Assembly (NCBI GenBank): GCA_963719315.1 | Contig: CAVRBU010000001.1 | Span: 544,001 to 608,000 of the forward strand | DNA: 64,000 bases | DNA from: an uncultured Planctomycetota bacterium | GTDB taxonomy: Bacteria > Planctomycetota > Planctomycetia > Pirellulales > Lacipirellulaceae | Reading direction: 5' to 3' | Shown here: piece by piece, positions 49,087 through 59,922 of the stretch | Layout of the letters: every line of letters starts with the position of its first letter | Numbering within the stretch: position 1 is the stretch's first letter | Notes under the pieces: generated by a model | The model's input: only the letters and a program-made list of their open reading frames with translations | Told to the model about the DNA's origin: nothing | The model's database searches: none | Program-made: the position numbers and the translations under genes

Positions 49087-49974
49087 TCACAGCAAGCCGT
49101 AATCCGCTAGCGTCTTTTTGAGGCGGGACATGCCGGAGTCTTCGAGAGGCGTCATCGGCAACCGCAGTCCGCCAGGGTCGCGGCCAAGCATTTTCATGGC
49201 GGCCTTGATCGGAATTGGGTTTGTGGAAAGGCCCAGCATATCGCGGCAGAGTGGGAACAACTTGCGGTGCCAACGTCGGGCTTCCTCAAGGTCGCCACGG
49301 TCCATCGCACTCGTAAGCGCGAGCATGTCTTTCGGCACGATGTTGCCAACGACGGAAATCACGCCGCGTCCGCCGATGGCCATCAGCGGCAGCGTAAGGC
49401 TGTCGTCGCCGCTGAGCAGGGTCAAATTCGTGGCCGTCGTGATTTGCGACGCCTGGTCGAGCGAGCCGGTCGCCTCTTTCACGAGCGCGATGTTTTCCAG
49501 CTCCGCCAGCCGGATGATGGTTTCCGGTTCGATGTTCTTACCGGTGCGGCCAGGGATGTTGTAGATGCACTGCGGCAGGCCGGTTTCTTCGGCGAGCCGT
49601 TTGAAGTGCTCGTAAAAACCCTGCTGCGTGGGCTTGTTGTAGTAGGGGGCAACTTGCAGGGCGGCATCGGCGCCAACCCTTTCGGCAAATTTCGTCAGCC
49701 GCAGGGCTTCGGCCGTGCTGTTCGAGCCGGTGCCGGGCATGACCTTGATGCGGCCGGCCACGGTTTCGACGACAAACGCCACGACGCGGTCCTGTTCGTC
49801 GTGGCTCAGTGTGGGCGATTCGCCAGTCGTGCCGACGGGGCAAAGGCAGTTCGTGCCAGCGGCGATTTGGAACTCGATTTGGGCAAGGAAGGTGTCGAAG
49901 TCGATCGCCTCCCCCTTAAACGGGGTGACGAGCGCCACCGACAGGCCGGCAAAAGCTTCGCCTTTGGTCTTCAT
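49087..49974 (-). CDS. dapA: 4-hydroxy-tetrahydrodipicolinate synthase
   Basis: [34 protein letters not shown]. Confidence 0.96.
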   Translation of the reverse strand: MKTKGEAFAGLSVALVTPFKGEAIDFDTFLAQIEFQIAAGTNCLCPVGTTGESPTLSHDEQDRVVAFVVETVAGRIKVMPGTGSNSTAEALRLTKFAERVGADAALQVAPYYNKPTQQGFYEHFKRLAEETGLPQCIYNIPGRTGKNIEPETIIRLAELENIALVKEATGSLDQASQITTATNLTLLSGDDSLTLPLMAIGGRGVISVVGNIVPKDMLALTSAMDRGDLEEARRWHRKLFPLCRDMLGLSTNPIPIKAAMKMLGRDPGGLRLPMTPLEDSGMSRLKKTLADYGLL

Positions 49975-50152
49975 CAAACAGGTGCCTCCAAGCAGCATAC
50001 ATTGTGCCGTTCCGAAAGCGGCATGATAGAGAAAGCAGTCAGTGCTGGCAAATGGCCGGAGTGCGATCGCGTACCCTGTCCAGAACTTTATGCGCGGAGT
50101 GGTGTTTGATCCATGGGGGTGCAGGCTGGGAGCTACGGAAAAGGGTCTGCGC

Positions 50153-50836
50153 ATGAAGGCAATAAGACGAAGATTTGGCGGGTTTCGGAAAGTAGGCGCC
50201 GCGAGCCGAGCGGCCGCTTCCCGGCCTCGGCTTGGCCGACCTTCGGGCTTTACGCTGGTTGAGCTGTTGGTTGTGATCGCAATTATCGGCGTGCTGATCG
50301 CTCTGCTTTTGCCGGCGGTCCAGTACGCGCGTGAAGCGGCGCGGAGCACGCAATGCAAATCGAATTTGCGACAAATCGGCCTGGCTCTCGACCAATACGT
50401 GGATCGGCAGGGTAGCCGGGGCAAATATCCGGAGGTCGCGCAAGTACCGACGGTCACCAAGAAATTGCCACCACCCGATAACAATGTGCCACCGCTGTAC
50501 AAAGTGCTCGGGGGACACATAGAAGATAATCAAGAGGCGTTTCATTGTCCGAGCGATCACCTCGATCAGCAGGATGCGACGCCGGACGCCAACGGCGTCA
50601 TCTACGAGACCTATTTCGCTCAAGAAGGGCTCAGTTACGAGTACCCGAATTTGAAGCTCGCCAACAAGACTCGCGAGCAGGTTCGATTGGGTCGGACGGA
50701 AAACGAACGCAACTCGGGGCGTGTGTACATCGTCTACGATTACCAGCCGTTTCACGGGTCGAAGGGCGACGACGGCTCGCGGAATTTCCTGTATCTGGAT
50801 GGCCACGTCGATGCGCTGATTGTGGCCGATGACTGA
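50153..50836 (+). CDS. DUF1559-type prepilin protein (intact)
   Basis: [38 protein letters not shown]9-DG-like NFLYLDGHV. Confidence 0.9.
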   Translation: MKAIRRRFGGFRKVGAASRAAASRPRLGRPSGFTLVELLVVIAIIGVLIALLLPAVQYAREAARSTQCKSNLRQIGLALDQYVDRQGSRGKYPEVAQVPTVTKKLPPPDNNVPPLYKVLGGHIEDNQEAFHCPSDHLDQQDATPDANGVIYETYFAQEGLSYEYPNLKLANKTREQVRLGRTENERNSGRVYIVYDYQPFHGSKGDDGSRNFLYLDGHVDALIVADD

Positions 50837-50869
50837 TTTCGGGCGAAACTCGCTATTAGGAGACAGTTC

Positions 50870-51471
50870 ATGGACAAACGAAAAACGATCGTTGGCGGTT
50901 GCGTGATGCTACTGCTGTGCATCGCGGCTGCCTGGGGTTTTGGGTTGTTCGGCGGTACCGATCCGGCCGTTGCGAAGTTGCAAGAACTTGGCAACCAGAT
51001 GGCGGATAAGAATCTGCCACCTGCTCAGCAGGATCAGCTTCGCGACCAGTTCCGGGAACAGGTGCGATCGCTCACCGACGACCAGCGGCGGACATTTTTC
51101 GACGCCAATCGAGACCAATGGCAGTCGCGGTCGCAGGCTCGGATGGATGAGTTCTTCGCGTTGTCGAAGGCCGACCAGCAGAAGCGGCTCGACGAAATGA
51201 TCAATAGGATGTCGAAACCGCGCGACAACCAGCGGCCAGGCGCGGCGGCGCGAGTAATGGCAGCGGCAATGCCAACGGCGCCCGCGGCGGTGGCCAGGGG
51301 AGTATGACGGAGGCTCAGCGCGAAGAGCGCTCCAAACGGCGGTTGGACGGGACGTCGCCAAAAATGCGGGCGCAGTACGCAGAGTTTCGCAAGATGCTAG
51401 ATAAACGGGCGCAGGAGCGCGGCGTGAAGCTGCCGTCTGGCCGCAGACCTGGCGGGCGGATGGGGGCATAA
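50870..51471 (+). CDS. Hypothetical helical protein with N-terminal TM; frameshift ~51245
   Basis: AGGAG RBS; second frame continues GGGQGSMTEAQREERSKRRLD.TSP..RA. Confidence 0.65.
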
Positions 51472-51535
51472 GAGTCGTTGGTTGATCGTCGTTTTAACTA
51501 ACAACCAGCCCCAAAGTCCGGGTGCACAGAAGACG

Positions 51536-52345
51536 CTAGCGATTTCGCCGTCGTGCTTTTGATCGGGCGATGCGGCGAAACCAGCCCGGGGCGAACCGGC
51601 TGATGTAGAGGCCCAGCTTTTCGTAACGGGCAATGAAAACCTCCGGCCGGCGGCGCTCGATCGCTCGGACAATTTGCCGGGCACACTTTTCCGGCGCGAG
51701 GCCGCCCGCAATGTTTTTGTCTAATTTGTTGTGCGGCTTGCCGTCGCCTTCGAGCGCGTTGAATGAGGCATTCGTGCGGATATAACCGGGGCAAACGATC
51801 GTGACCGCGACGCCCTGCCCCGCGACCTCGGCCCGCAGCGCGTCGAAAAAGCCATGCAGCGCGTGTTTCGATGCGGAGTAGGCGCCGCGGGCGGGTAGGC
51901 TGAATTTACCCATCAGGCTGCTGAGCACCACGATCTGGCCGTCGCCGCGGGCGACCATCGAGGGGAGCACCAACTTCGTAAGGGCCACCGGGCCGAAATA
52001 GTTGAGATCCATGAGCCGCCGATCAACCTTCAATTCTGTCTCCAGCGCGGTGCCACGCTGGCTGATGCCCGCGCAATGGATCAAGATATCGACCTTGCCG
52101 AACCGGTCGCGAATGGTCTCGAAGGCGGCCGCGAACGAATCGGGCGCAAGCATATCGAGCGGGAGGACAAGGTGTCGCTCGGAATTGGTGCAGGTCGATT
52201 TGACGTTTGCCAGTACGTCTTGGCGACGGGCGCTCAGTACCAACGACGCCCCGCGCGACGCTAACTCGCGGCACAGCGCTTCGCCGATGCCGGATGATGC
52301 GCCGGTAATCCAAATCACTTTGTCGGCGAAGTTCGAGGTATTCAC
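51536..52345 (-). CDS. SDR family oxidoreductase
   Basis: TGASSGIG, YSASK, CPG; GTG start inferred. Confidence 0.9.
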   Translation of the reverse strand: MNTSNFADKVIWITGASSGIGEALCRELASRGASLVLSARRQDVLANVKSTCTNSERHLVLPLDMLAPDSFAAAFETIRDRFGKVDILIHCAGISQRGTALETELKVDRRLMDLNYFGPVALTKLVLPSMVARGDGQIVVLSSLMGKFSLPARGAYSASKHALHGFFDALRAEVAGQGVAVTIVCPGYIRTNASFNALEGDGKPHNKLDKNIAGGLAPEKCARQIVRAIERRRPEVFIARYEKLGLYISRFAPGWFRRIARSKARRRNR

Positions 52346-52493
52346 GGATGAGTACGAAGTGATGGAGCTAAGGGCGTGTACCAGTTTCGGATACGGCATG
52401 CGGAGCATGCCTGCTACAATCATTCCGAGGTACAAGCTATTCGGCGACGGCGTCGATTAAGCAGTTGCCGCTCGACGGAATGAACGGCGATCT

Positions 52494-53216
52494 CTAGCCG
52501 ATTAGCCGTTTCATATCGCGGACGGCTTGCTCCAGGCCGACCATGATGGCTCGAGCGATGATGCTGTGGCCAATGTTGAGCTCGTGCATGCCGTTGATGG
52601 CGGCAATCGGCTTTACGTTGCGGTAAGTGAGGCCGTGTCCGGAGTTTAACGTGATACCGGCGGCGCGGATCCTGTGGCCGGCTTTTACCAGCGTGTCAAT
52701 AGCCGCCTGCGTTTGCCCGGCGTTGTGGCGGAGCGTTGCCTGGGCGTAGGCGCCGGTGTGAAGCTCGATGGCGTCGACGCCGAGCGCTGCGCCGGCGTCC
52801 AACTGTTTGGGGTCGGGGTCAAGAAACAGGCTAACCACGATGCCAGCGTCCTTAAGTCGGCGGACCGCGTCGCGGACCTTGGCTTGCGAACCGGCGACAT
52901 CGAGGCCGCCTTCGGTCGTCACTTCTTCTCGCCGCTCGGGGACCAGGGTCGCTTCGTGCGGCATGGTTTCACAGGCAATTTTCACGACGTTGACGGCACA
53001 AGCCAGCTCCAGATTGATCGGGACGGCAACGGATTCTTTCAGTATCCGCAGGTCGCGCTCCTGAATGTGGCGGCGGTCCTCACGCAGGTGAATGGTGATC
53101 GCGTCGGCGCCACCCAGTTCGGCCAGCGTCGCCGCCCATACTGGATCGGGTTCGGTGGTTTTGCGGGCCTCGCGAACGGTAGCCACGTGATCGATGTTTA
53201 CGCCGAGGATTGCCAA
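52494..53216 (-). CDS. pdxJ: Pyridoxine 5'-phosphate synthase
   Basis: [41 protein letters not shown]. Confidence 0.97.
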   Translation of the reverse strand: MAILGVNIDHVATVREARKTTEPDPVWAATLAELGGADAITIHLREDRRHIQERDLRILKESVAVPINLELACAVNVVKIACETMPHEATLVPERREEVTTEGGLDVAGSQAKVRDAVRRLKDAGIVVSLFLDPDPKQLDAGAALGVDAIELHTGAYAQATLRHNAGQTQAAIDTLVKAGHRIRAAGITLNSGHGLTYRNVKPIAAINGMHELNIGHSIIARAIMVGLEQAVRDMKRLIG

Positions 53217-53231
53217 GTTGGTCCCTGCCTT

Positions 53232-53906
53232 TTAATGGGCCGTGCCGGTCGCGCGGAAATGCTGGCTGCTTTCGAACACCCCATCATTGTCTCGATCGGT
53301 GTCCAGCGTCCATGTCAACTGCCGCTCGTCGAAGGACAAGCGAAACCGCGGTTGGTTCGCGACCGGCTCAGTTAAGAGGGGCCGACCGATGGCGTTGACC
53401 GCCGGCGGAAGCGAATCCCGCGGCGAGCGGCGCGGCGGTGCATTCTGTTCTGAAAACCGTTGCCCGAGCGCGAAACTCGCCACGCTGGCGAGCACGACGA
53501 GGAATATCGGTCGCCAGGAGAGCGGCTCACCGGAGCGTCCGCCAAATGAGAATCGGAACGCATCCAGAATCGGTTGGCGTCCCGGATTGTCGTCATACAA
53601 GTATTGTCGCACAAGCTCTGCCGCGTCTTGGGCGGATGCGGTCGGCACGCGAATCAGGTATTGCGACGACCAGCGATCGCTGGCCGCGCGGAACTCGTCA
53701 AGTTGGTGAACGCGGGCGTCGATTCCCACGCCCACGAGTTCGTCGCTCAAGAATCCAGCCTCGGCCAGATTGGCCACTCGCGCAACGTCGACCCACTCAA
53801 TCGAATCGGGATCGGCGAACGCCTGGCCGCATTCGGGGCATGCTTCGCTGGAGTCGAACGATTGATGTGTGGCGACCAGCGCGTGGCATTGGGGGCATTC
53901 GGCCAT
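53232..53906 (-). CDS. Hypothetical protein with CxxC zinc ribbon and TM helix
   Basis: CPQC..CPEC; NLAEAGF...L; TM; DRDNDG. Confidence 0.65.
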   Translation of the reverse strand: MAECPQCHALVATHQSFDSSEACPECGQAFADPDSIEWVDVARVANLAEAGFLSDELVGVGIDARVHQLDEFRAASDRWSSQYLIRVPTASAQDAAELVRQYLYDDNPGRQPILDAFRFSFGGRSGEPLSWRPIFLVVLASVASFALGQRFSEQNAPPRRSPRDSLPPAVNAIGRPLLTEPVANQPRFRLSFDERQLTWTLDTDRDNDGVFESSQHFRATGTAH

Positions 53907-54322
53907 GGTTTGTTCGCACGTGGATTGGCTTGCTGTCATCTCGAATTTGAGGCTCATCCAGGAGGGCCGGGTGTTATCGATTATGTCGCGTATGCAGCGC
54001 CAAAGCCAGTGTTCTGCCGGCGGCAGCGAATGGCCCAAAACAGCGGCCCCCGGGCGAATTTCCAATTCTGCAACGGACTGTCGTTTGGCCGGTTGTTCGA
54101 GCTACGGCCGCCAACCCCCAGAGCCGCCCGGAGCATGAGCTACACTTCGTTAGACATTTCGGAAGGGGGCGGGAGCAAGTCGTCGCAGAAGTGTGAATGA
54201 CTCATCTCTTCGTACCGATGGATCGCGAGCCAACGCAGATTGGCTCCGCGGCGCAGAATTGAGTTTCGCTCAAGTCGCCGCTAATACGAACATAACTTCG
54301 ACAACCCTTTGATTTAACTCCA

Positions 54323-54682
54323 GTGAAGCAACAACTTACCAAATCGATGTCGTGCGGCGAGCTGGCCCAGCAAATCGAGCGGCTGCAACCGAGCGCGCCG
54401 CCGCAGGACGTGGCGCGGCTGTGCTTGTTACTTACGAATTCCGTTGATGATCTGGAAACGCTCCGCGAAATGCACGCGCTGCACGACGCGTGGAAGCGAG
54501 CTGGGCTCAAGCTGCAGGTGGCCACGGACCAACATGCGGCGATGACGGAAGAGCTCGAACAGTTAGGTGCGTCCGATCCGAAATCCTTCACGCAGGATCA
54601 AATCTGGATTCTCATCCGCGCGATCAAAGTGCAGAGCCAGGTGCTGCAGATGTACGTCGGGCACGCGCTCTTGGATGTGTAA
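54323..54682 (+). CDS. Conserved hypothetical helical protein
   Basis: Intact ORF in intergenic slot with natural-looking composition. Confidence 0.6.
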   Translation: MKQQLTKSMSCGELAQQIERLQPSAPPQDVARLCLLLTNSVDDLETLREMHALHDAWKRAGLKLQVATDQHAAMTEELEQLGASDPKSFTQDQIWILIRAIKVQSQVLQMYVGHALLDV

Positions 54683-54710
54683 TCAACCGGCTGTTACGCC
54701 CACGAAACAC

Positions 54711-56310
54711 TTACAGCAGCCAGATGTGGGCGATCGTGAAGTAGATCACGATGCCGGTGACGTTCGACGAACGTCGCCACGAATGGACTCGACGCGTAAC
54801 CGGGGTCGAAGCCCAGTTGGCGAAAGATGAGTGGCAGCATCGAGCCGACCAGTGTACCCCACAAGCAGATCGCGGCGACCGACTGGGCAATCACCATTGC
54901 CAGTGGAAAGCGGATGTAAGTAGGGAAGCGAATCTCGGTGTTGCGCGGCAAGCGATAGACGACGGAGTCGTTCGATTCCTGAAGCCGCTCGATTTGGCCG
55001 CCACTCGGAAGCTTTACGAGGGCCGGCCGCTCGAGTTTCGGGCGAGTTAACAGAGCGCCCTCTGGCAGCGTCAAACGACCTTCGATAGGCATAAGTTCGA
55101 CATCCCGCGGCAAAACGACATCGATCGAATCTGTGTGATATTCGGTGCTGTCCAATAGGCTTTGCGGCGTCGTCAGGCCGCGCACGAAACCGATGCAGCC
55201 GAGCGTCAGGCCGAGCACCAAACCCATGGCCAATTCGTGTTTCAAGACCCGCCACCACTGCGCGGGCCCGACGTGGCCCAAGGCCATGGCGCGAGTGATG
55301 AGCGTGGCCGCTTGCGAGCCGGAATTGCCGCCCGTCGAGATACATAGCGGCACGAAAAGGCTGAGCACCAAAATGGCCGCGATCGAGTTCTCGAAATACG
55401 CAAGTGCCGTGAAGGTGAACAGCTCGGCCACGAACAAGCAGGACAGCCACATCGAGCGTTTTCGCCAGATAGTGGTAAAGGGAACTTCAAGATAGTTTTC
55501 GACCATCGGACCGACAGCCGCCATGCGCAAGGCGTCTTCGGTGGCTTCTTCTCGGACGACATCGATCACGTCGTCGTGCGTGATGATGCCGACCAGATGT
55601 TGCTCGCCATCAACGACCGGGATGGCGAGAAAGTCGTAGTCGGCCACTTTCTTGGCCACGGCTTCCTGGTCATCGCTGGCCCGGACTGTGACCAGGTTCC
55701 TTTCCATCAACTCGCTGACCGGCATGTTCGGCTTGCCAAGGTGCGTAACGAGCTGGCGCGCCGACACCGCGCCGCGGAGATGGTTTTCGCCGTCAACGAT
55801 ATAGATGTAGTAAATCGTTTCCAGGTTCTCGGCGATGCGACTGAGCTCCTCAAGGGCCTGCCGCACCGTGAGGGATTCCGGCAGCCGGGCCACTTCGGTG
55901 GTCATCACGGCGCCGGCAGTTCCTTCCGGGTAAGCCTGCAGGCGGAAAATGTCGCGACGTTGTTCGAGCGGTACCAGAGCCGTCACGCTCTGGGAAATCT
56001 CCTCGTCGACGGCGTTGAGTAAATCGACGCGATCGTCGGGCGGCATGTCGGCGATCACCGGCGCGACGCTCGCCGGATCGCATGTCTCAATGATCTCGAT
56101 TTGCTTTTGCCGATCGAGATAGGCGAAGATCGCGACCCGCGTATCCTGGTCGGCGGCTTGCAGCACGGTCCATGCTTCGGCCGCCGTGAGACCTTCCATG
56201 AATTCGGCCGTCCGCGCGGGGTGGAGGGCTGTGCAGAACTCGCGCAGTGAGTCCGCGTCGCAGACTTCCAGCATTTCGCGTAGTTCAGGAAGATAAAGCG
56301 TGTTGATCAT
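54711..56310 (-). CDS. mgtE: Magnesium transporter MgtE; frameshift ~54765
   Basis: MgtE_N, CBS pair, GGNSGSQ, DPG.AS.PFVATFV; correct tail VTGIVIYFTIAHIWLL* in another frame. Confidence 0.92.
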
Positions 56311-56664
56311 GAAATTGGGCGATCGAAATAGTCGGATCTCAATTTGCAGGACTACTGGTTGACGCAAATGCAGAGCTGATCGCTTACTATTTCAACTTCC
56401 AGTCCGGCTTAAGTCTAATCTCAGCGTGGCCCATTCGTCAGTGCGAGTCTGGCGGAACTCGCGCAGTGAGCTTTTCCGACCAGGCCTTGCGCATTGACAT
56501 TCGTTCAGCGGACGATTAGCTTAACGGCCAACAAAGTTGCGCCGCCCATTTCGGAGCCGGCGCTCCCAGCAAGCGGCGGAGGCCGGCCTGCCCTGCTCTG
56601 GGCCGAAGTGCCGCGGACGATTCCGCCCGACGATCCGGCCACGAGTGATATAGAGAATTGGGTC

Positions 56665-57435
56665 ATGGTCCATTCGCCGCAGCCGGTCGCCGATTCGAAT
56701 GATTCATATCGGCTGGAGCGCTGCCAACAGAGGCTGGGATATCGATTTCGCGACGTCCAATTTCTGGAGGCGGCCCTGACGCACGCCTCCGGCGCCGATC
56801 ACCGGCTCTCGTCGAACGAACGGCTGGAGTTCCTGGGCGACGCGATCCTCGGCCTGGTGGTGTGCGAGCAACTGTTCACACAGTTCCCCGAACAGCTCGA
56901 AGGCGATTTGACCAAGCTGAAGTCGATCGTCGTGAGCCGGCTGACGTGCGCCAAGATCAGCCAGGCGCTGGGTCTGCGTGAGTTTTTGGTGCTGGGCAAG
57001 GGGATGACGACACATCCGGCCGTGCCGCCTTCCGTGCTATCCGACGTACTGGAATCGCTGATTGCCGCCATTTACCTGGACGGCGGCATGGAGCCGGCGC
57101 GGGAATTCATACTTGCTTATTTCGGACCGGAAATAGAATCCGCGGCATCGGGCGACTCGGGCGGTAACTACAAGTCGTTGTTGCAGCAGTTTGCGCAGCG
57201 CGAACACGGCGTGACGCCCACCTATCATTTGATGGATGAAAAGGGACCGGATCACAGCAAGTGCTTCAAGATGTCGGCCCAAATTGGCCGCGACCGGTAC
57301 GCGCCCGCGTGGGGCCGCAGTAAGAAAGAATCTGAGCAGCGCGCCGCCCACAACGCGATCTGCCAACTCCGTGGCGACGAGATTCCCTTTCCCAGCGAAG
57401 AGGGCCCTGAAGAAGTCGAGACTTCTGAATCTTGA
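56665..57435 (+). CDS. rnc: Ribonuclease III
   Basis: NERLEFLGDA, D..E..I.AIYLD.G, dsRBD NYKS.LQ...GPDH.K.F. Confidence 0.96.
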   Translation: MVHSPQPVADSNDSYRLERCQQRLGYRFRDVQFLEAALTHASGADHRLSSNERLEFLGDAILGLVVCEQLFTQFPEQLEGDLTKLKSIVVSRLTCAKISQALGLREFLVLGKGMTTHPAVPPSVLSDVLESLIAAIYLDGGMEPAREFILAYFGPEIESAASGDSGGNYKSLLQQFAQREHGVTPTYHLMDEKGPDHSKCFKMSAQIGRDRYAPAWGRSKKESEQRAAHNAICQLRGDEIPFPSEEGPEEVETSES

Positions 57436-57452
57436 CTCTTAGCTCTCAACTA

Positions 57453-58630
57453 TACCCTGCGTGGGGATAAATGATCTGTTCCCGAGTAGCTGATTTGTTG
57501 TACAAGGCCCTTATGTCGCCATCGAGGAGGATGGCGTGTTGCTGGCAAGGAGGGCTGTCATGGCTTGGTTTCGAGTCCGATTGACGGAAGAGGAACAGCG
57601 AATTGTCGCGGCCGAGCGGGAGTCTCATCCGGAGTCGCATGTCCGCCGCAAGATGCTGGTGTTGTGGTCGCTGCAGTGTGGTTTGAAGCGATCCCAGGCG
57701 GCGAAATTGGCGGGGGTCGGAGTGGCGACCGTCGGGCGGTACGTTGCGGCCTATCGTGATGGCGGGTTGGAGGGTCTGCGGCGGTGGAATGTGCAAGGGC
57801 CCGTGAGCGACTTGGCCGCCTATCGCGACGTGATCCGCGCGTTGTTCGAGAACCAGCCGGTCCGCACGACCGCGGAAGCCTGCGAACGCATTTACCAACT
57901 GACCGGCCTGCGGCGGGGACTGTCGCAAACTCGCAAGTTCCTGAAAGACATGGGACTCAAGTGGCAGCGGGTCCGGGCGCTCCCCGTGCCGCCCAAAAAA
58001 ACTTGGCCCAGCATGTCGCCGAGCAGGCCCTGTTTCACGACGTCGAACTGAAGCCCCGCCTCGACGCCGCCGCCCGAGGGCGGGGACACGTCTTCTTCGT
58101 CGATGCGGCCCACTTTGTGTACGGGACGTTCCTGTGCTGCTTGTGGTCGTTCACGCGAATCTTCGTGCGGGCCGCCTCGGGCCGCCAGCGGTTCAATGTC
58201 CTGGGAGCCTGGAACGCCGTGACCCGCGAACTGGTAAGCGTGACCAACACCACGGTCGTCAACACGGAAACGATGTGCGAGCTGTTGCGGAAGATCGCTG
58301 CCCTCGGTCTGGCCGGACCGATCACGTTGGTGCTGGACAACGCTCGCTACCAACGTAACGCCGCGGTGCAAGCGTTGGCGACGCAACTGGAAATCACGCT
58401 GCTGTTCCTGCCCTCCTACTCGCCGAACCTGAACCTCATCGAACGGCTTTGGAAGTTCATCAAGCGGCCGGCCATCTATGGGCGTTACCATCCCGGATTT
58501 CAAGAGTTTCAAGCCGCCATCCAAGAAACAATCGCCGACCTCGCAACCCGCCACGCCGAACCCCTCAAATCCCTCATGACGCTCAACTTTCAGCGATTCG
58601 AAGATGTCTCATTGCTGGCCGCGTAGGGTA
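57453..58630 (+). mobile_element. IS630 family element
   Basis: TA duplicated at 57451-52 and 58631-32; IRs TACCCTGCGTGG / TACCCTACGCGG; target CTAG. Confidence 0.92.
57560..58626 (+). CDS. IS630 transposase (OrfA HTH + OrfB DDE) joined by probable -1 frameshift
   Basis: A7 run at 57995-58001 in the ORF overlap; VLDNARYQ, LPSYSPNLNLIERLW. Confidence 0.9.
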
Positions 58631-59178
58631 TAGCTTGCTTCGTGTAGCCAATCGTCGGGGATCGGGTTCTCGCCGATCCGTCCGACTTCGTCCGCGCGAC
58701 GGCGATGCCCAACGGCGGGCCAGCCCGAAACTTCTTTCAGCTCAGGCATGATTTCGAGCAGTTGGTCGATGAGCAATCGGCCCAACCGGCGTTCTGCTTC
58801 GCTGCGAGCCTGGCGACGGATGGCCATCGCTGTTTTCATGACTTTAAGCAACTGCGCACGCATCATCACGCGCGGAGACAGCGAGTCTTCCGGCTCGTCG
58901 AGAAGCTCTTCGATCGGTACTTCGAGCGCCGCTTGCCAGCGGTAGAGCTCTGACACCAGTAGATCAGCGCATTCGTCTTCCTGGGCGCGCACTTCGCCGA
59001 CGGTTCGGCCGAGACGCTGGGCAACGCAGCGGACTGAGAGCCCCTGGCGGCGGCGCGCGGCGCCAAGATTCTGCAAAGCCTTGGTGTGGCCTTCGTTTCG
59101 CGGCGCGATGCGCTCGGTACTCTCGATTTTAGTGTCGTCCAAAGGGCCGAAATGCCCTTCCTGTTCCTGTCCATCCAT
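58609..59178 (-). CDS. XRE-like HTH protein; C-terminus extended by IS630
   Basis: L...RR.QGLS.R.VA..LG; DL..SELY.WQ.AL.VP..ELL. Confidence 0.75.
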   Translation of the reverse strand: MDGQEQEGHFGPLDDTKIESTERIAPRNEGHTKALQNLGAARRRQGLSVRCVAQRLGRTVGEVRAQEDECADLLVSELYRWQAALEVPIEELLDEPEDSLSPRVMMRAQLLKVMKTAMAIRRQARSEAERRLGRLLIDQLLEIMPELKEVSGWPAVGHRRRADEVGRIGENPIPDDWLHEASYTLRGQQ

Positions 59179-59394
59179 AATGATATCACCGGTGGCGTGC
59201 GCTTTGCAGCGCATGCCAATGGCAAAGAAGAATGCCCAGCCTCTCCGCCGATTTAATAAGAAAAGTGTCGCCAACAATCAAGTTGGCCCTCTGGCCCCTG
59301 CGTTCAATCCTAGGCACAGCCGCGGCAGACGGGAATAGGCAAGAGTTGCAGGTGCAAGATTTTTGGTTCATCAAAACTTCGTGGTCGATATTGG

Positions 59395-59631
59395 TCAACA
59401 AGGACTAGAGACGGCTGCGAGCGGTGCTGCGCAAAACGGCAGCAATTCACCTGCCTGTCCGATCGTGGGAGTGACTACGGGCCGCCTCCGGAACCGTTGC
59501 ACCGAGTGCGATGTCGTTGTGCTTCGCTCCAACGGCAGCAGTCCCACATTTCCGCAACGAATGCACGAACTGCGCGGTTCAGCGGCTGAAACCGACATCA
59601 CCATGCCACACGAACATTCCAAAACTGGCAT
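59395..59631 (-). CDS. Small putative zinc-ribbon protein
   Basis: ECSCG and CIRCG motifs; GAG-rich RBS. Confidence 0.45.
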   Translation of the reverse strand: MPVLECSCGMVMSVSAAEPRSSCIRCGNVGLLPLERSTTTSHSVQRFRRRPVVTPTIGQAGELLPFCAAPLAAVSSPC

Positions 59632-59922
59632 CGCTCGTCTCTATTCCATCGATTGCAAATCGCGAATGATGTTGCAAGAGCGCGTTCTAAATGCTCCTAC
59701 AATTCATCTAGCGCCGCGACAGAATGCCGGGCAAAGAAATGGCAAATAACGCGGGGGAACCCTTGGTCGCCCCGCTTGTGGCGGGGAAAAACCCTACCAC
59801 ATTCGGCCAAATAATAATCCGCGGCCGAGATCAATTAACGACGCGTCCCACCCTAAAGCCTGGCCAGGTCTGGAATCAGGGCAAGACAGACGTGATGGGT
59901 TGCGGCGGATCGAGTTCTTCGA

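Noticed and set aside
5166..54770. Many single-base frameshifts (~5200, 8942, 12910, 14133, 37480, 51245, 54765) as programmed frameshifting or phase variation
   Set aside because: Several are in short homopolymers and one hits a conserved housekeeping gene (mgtE); long-read or assembly indels are the simpler explanation. Only the IS630 A7 site fits a known programmed shift.
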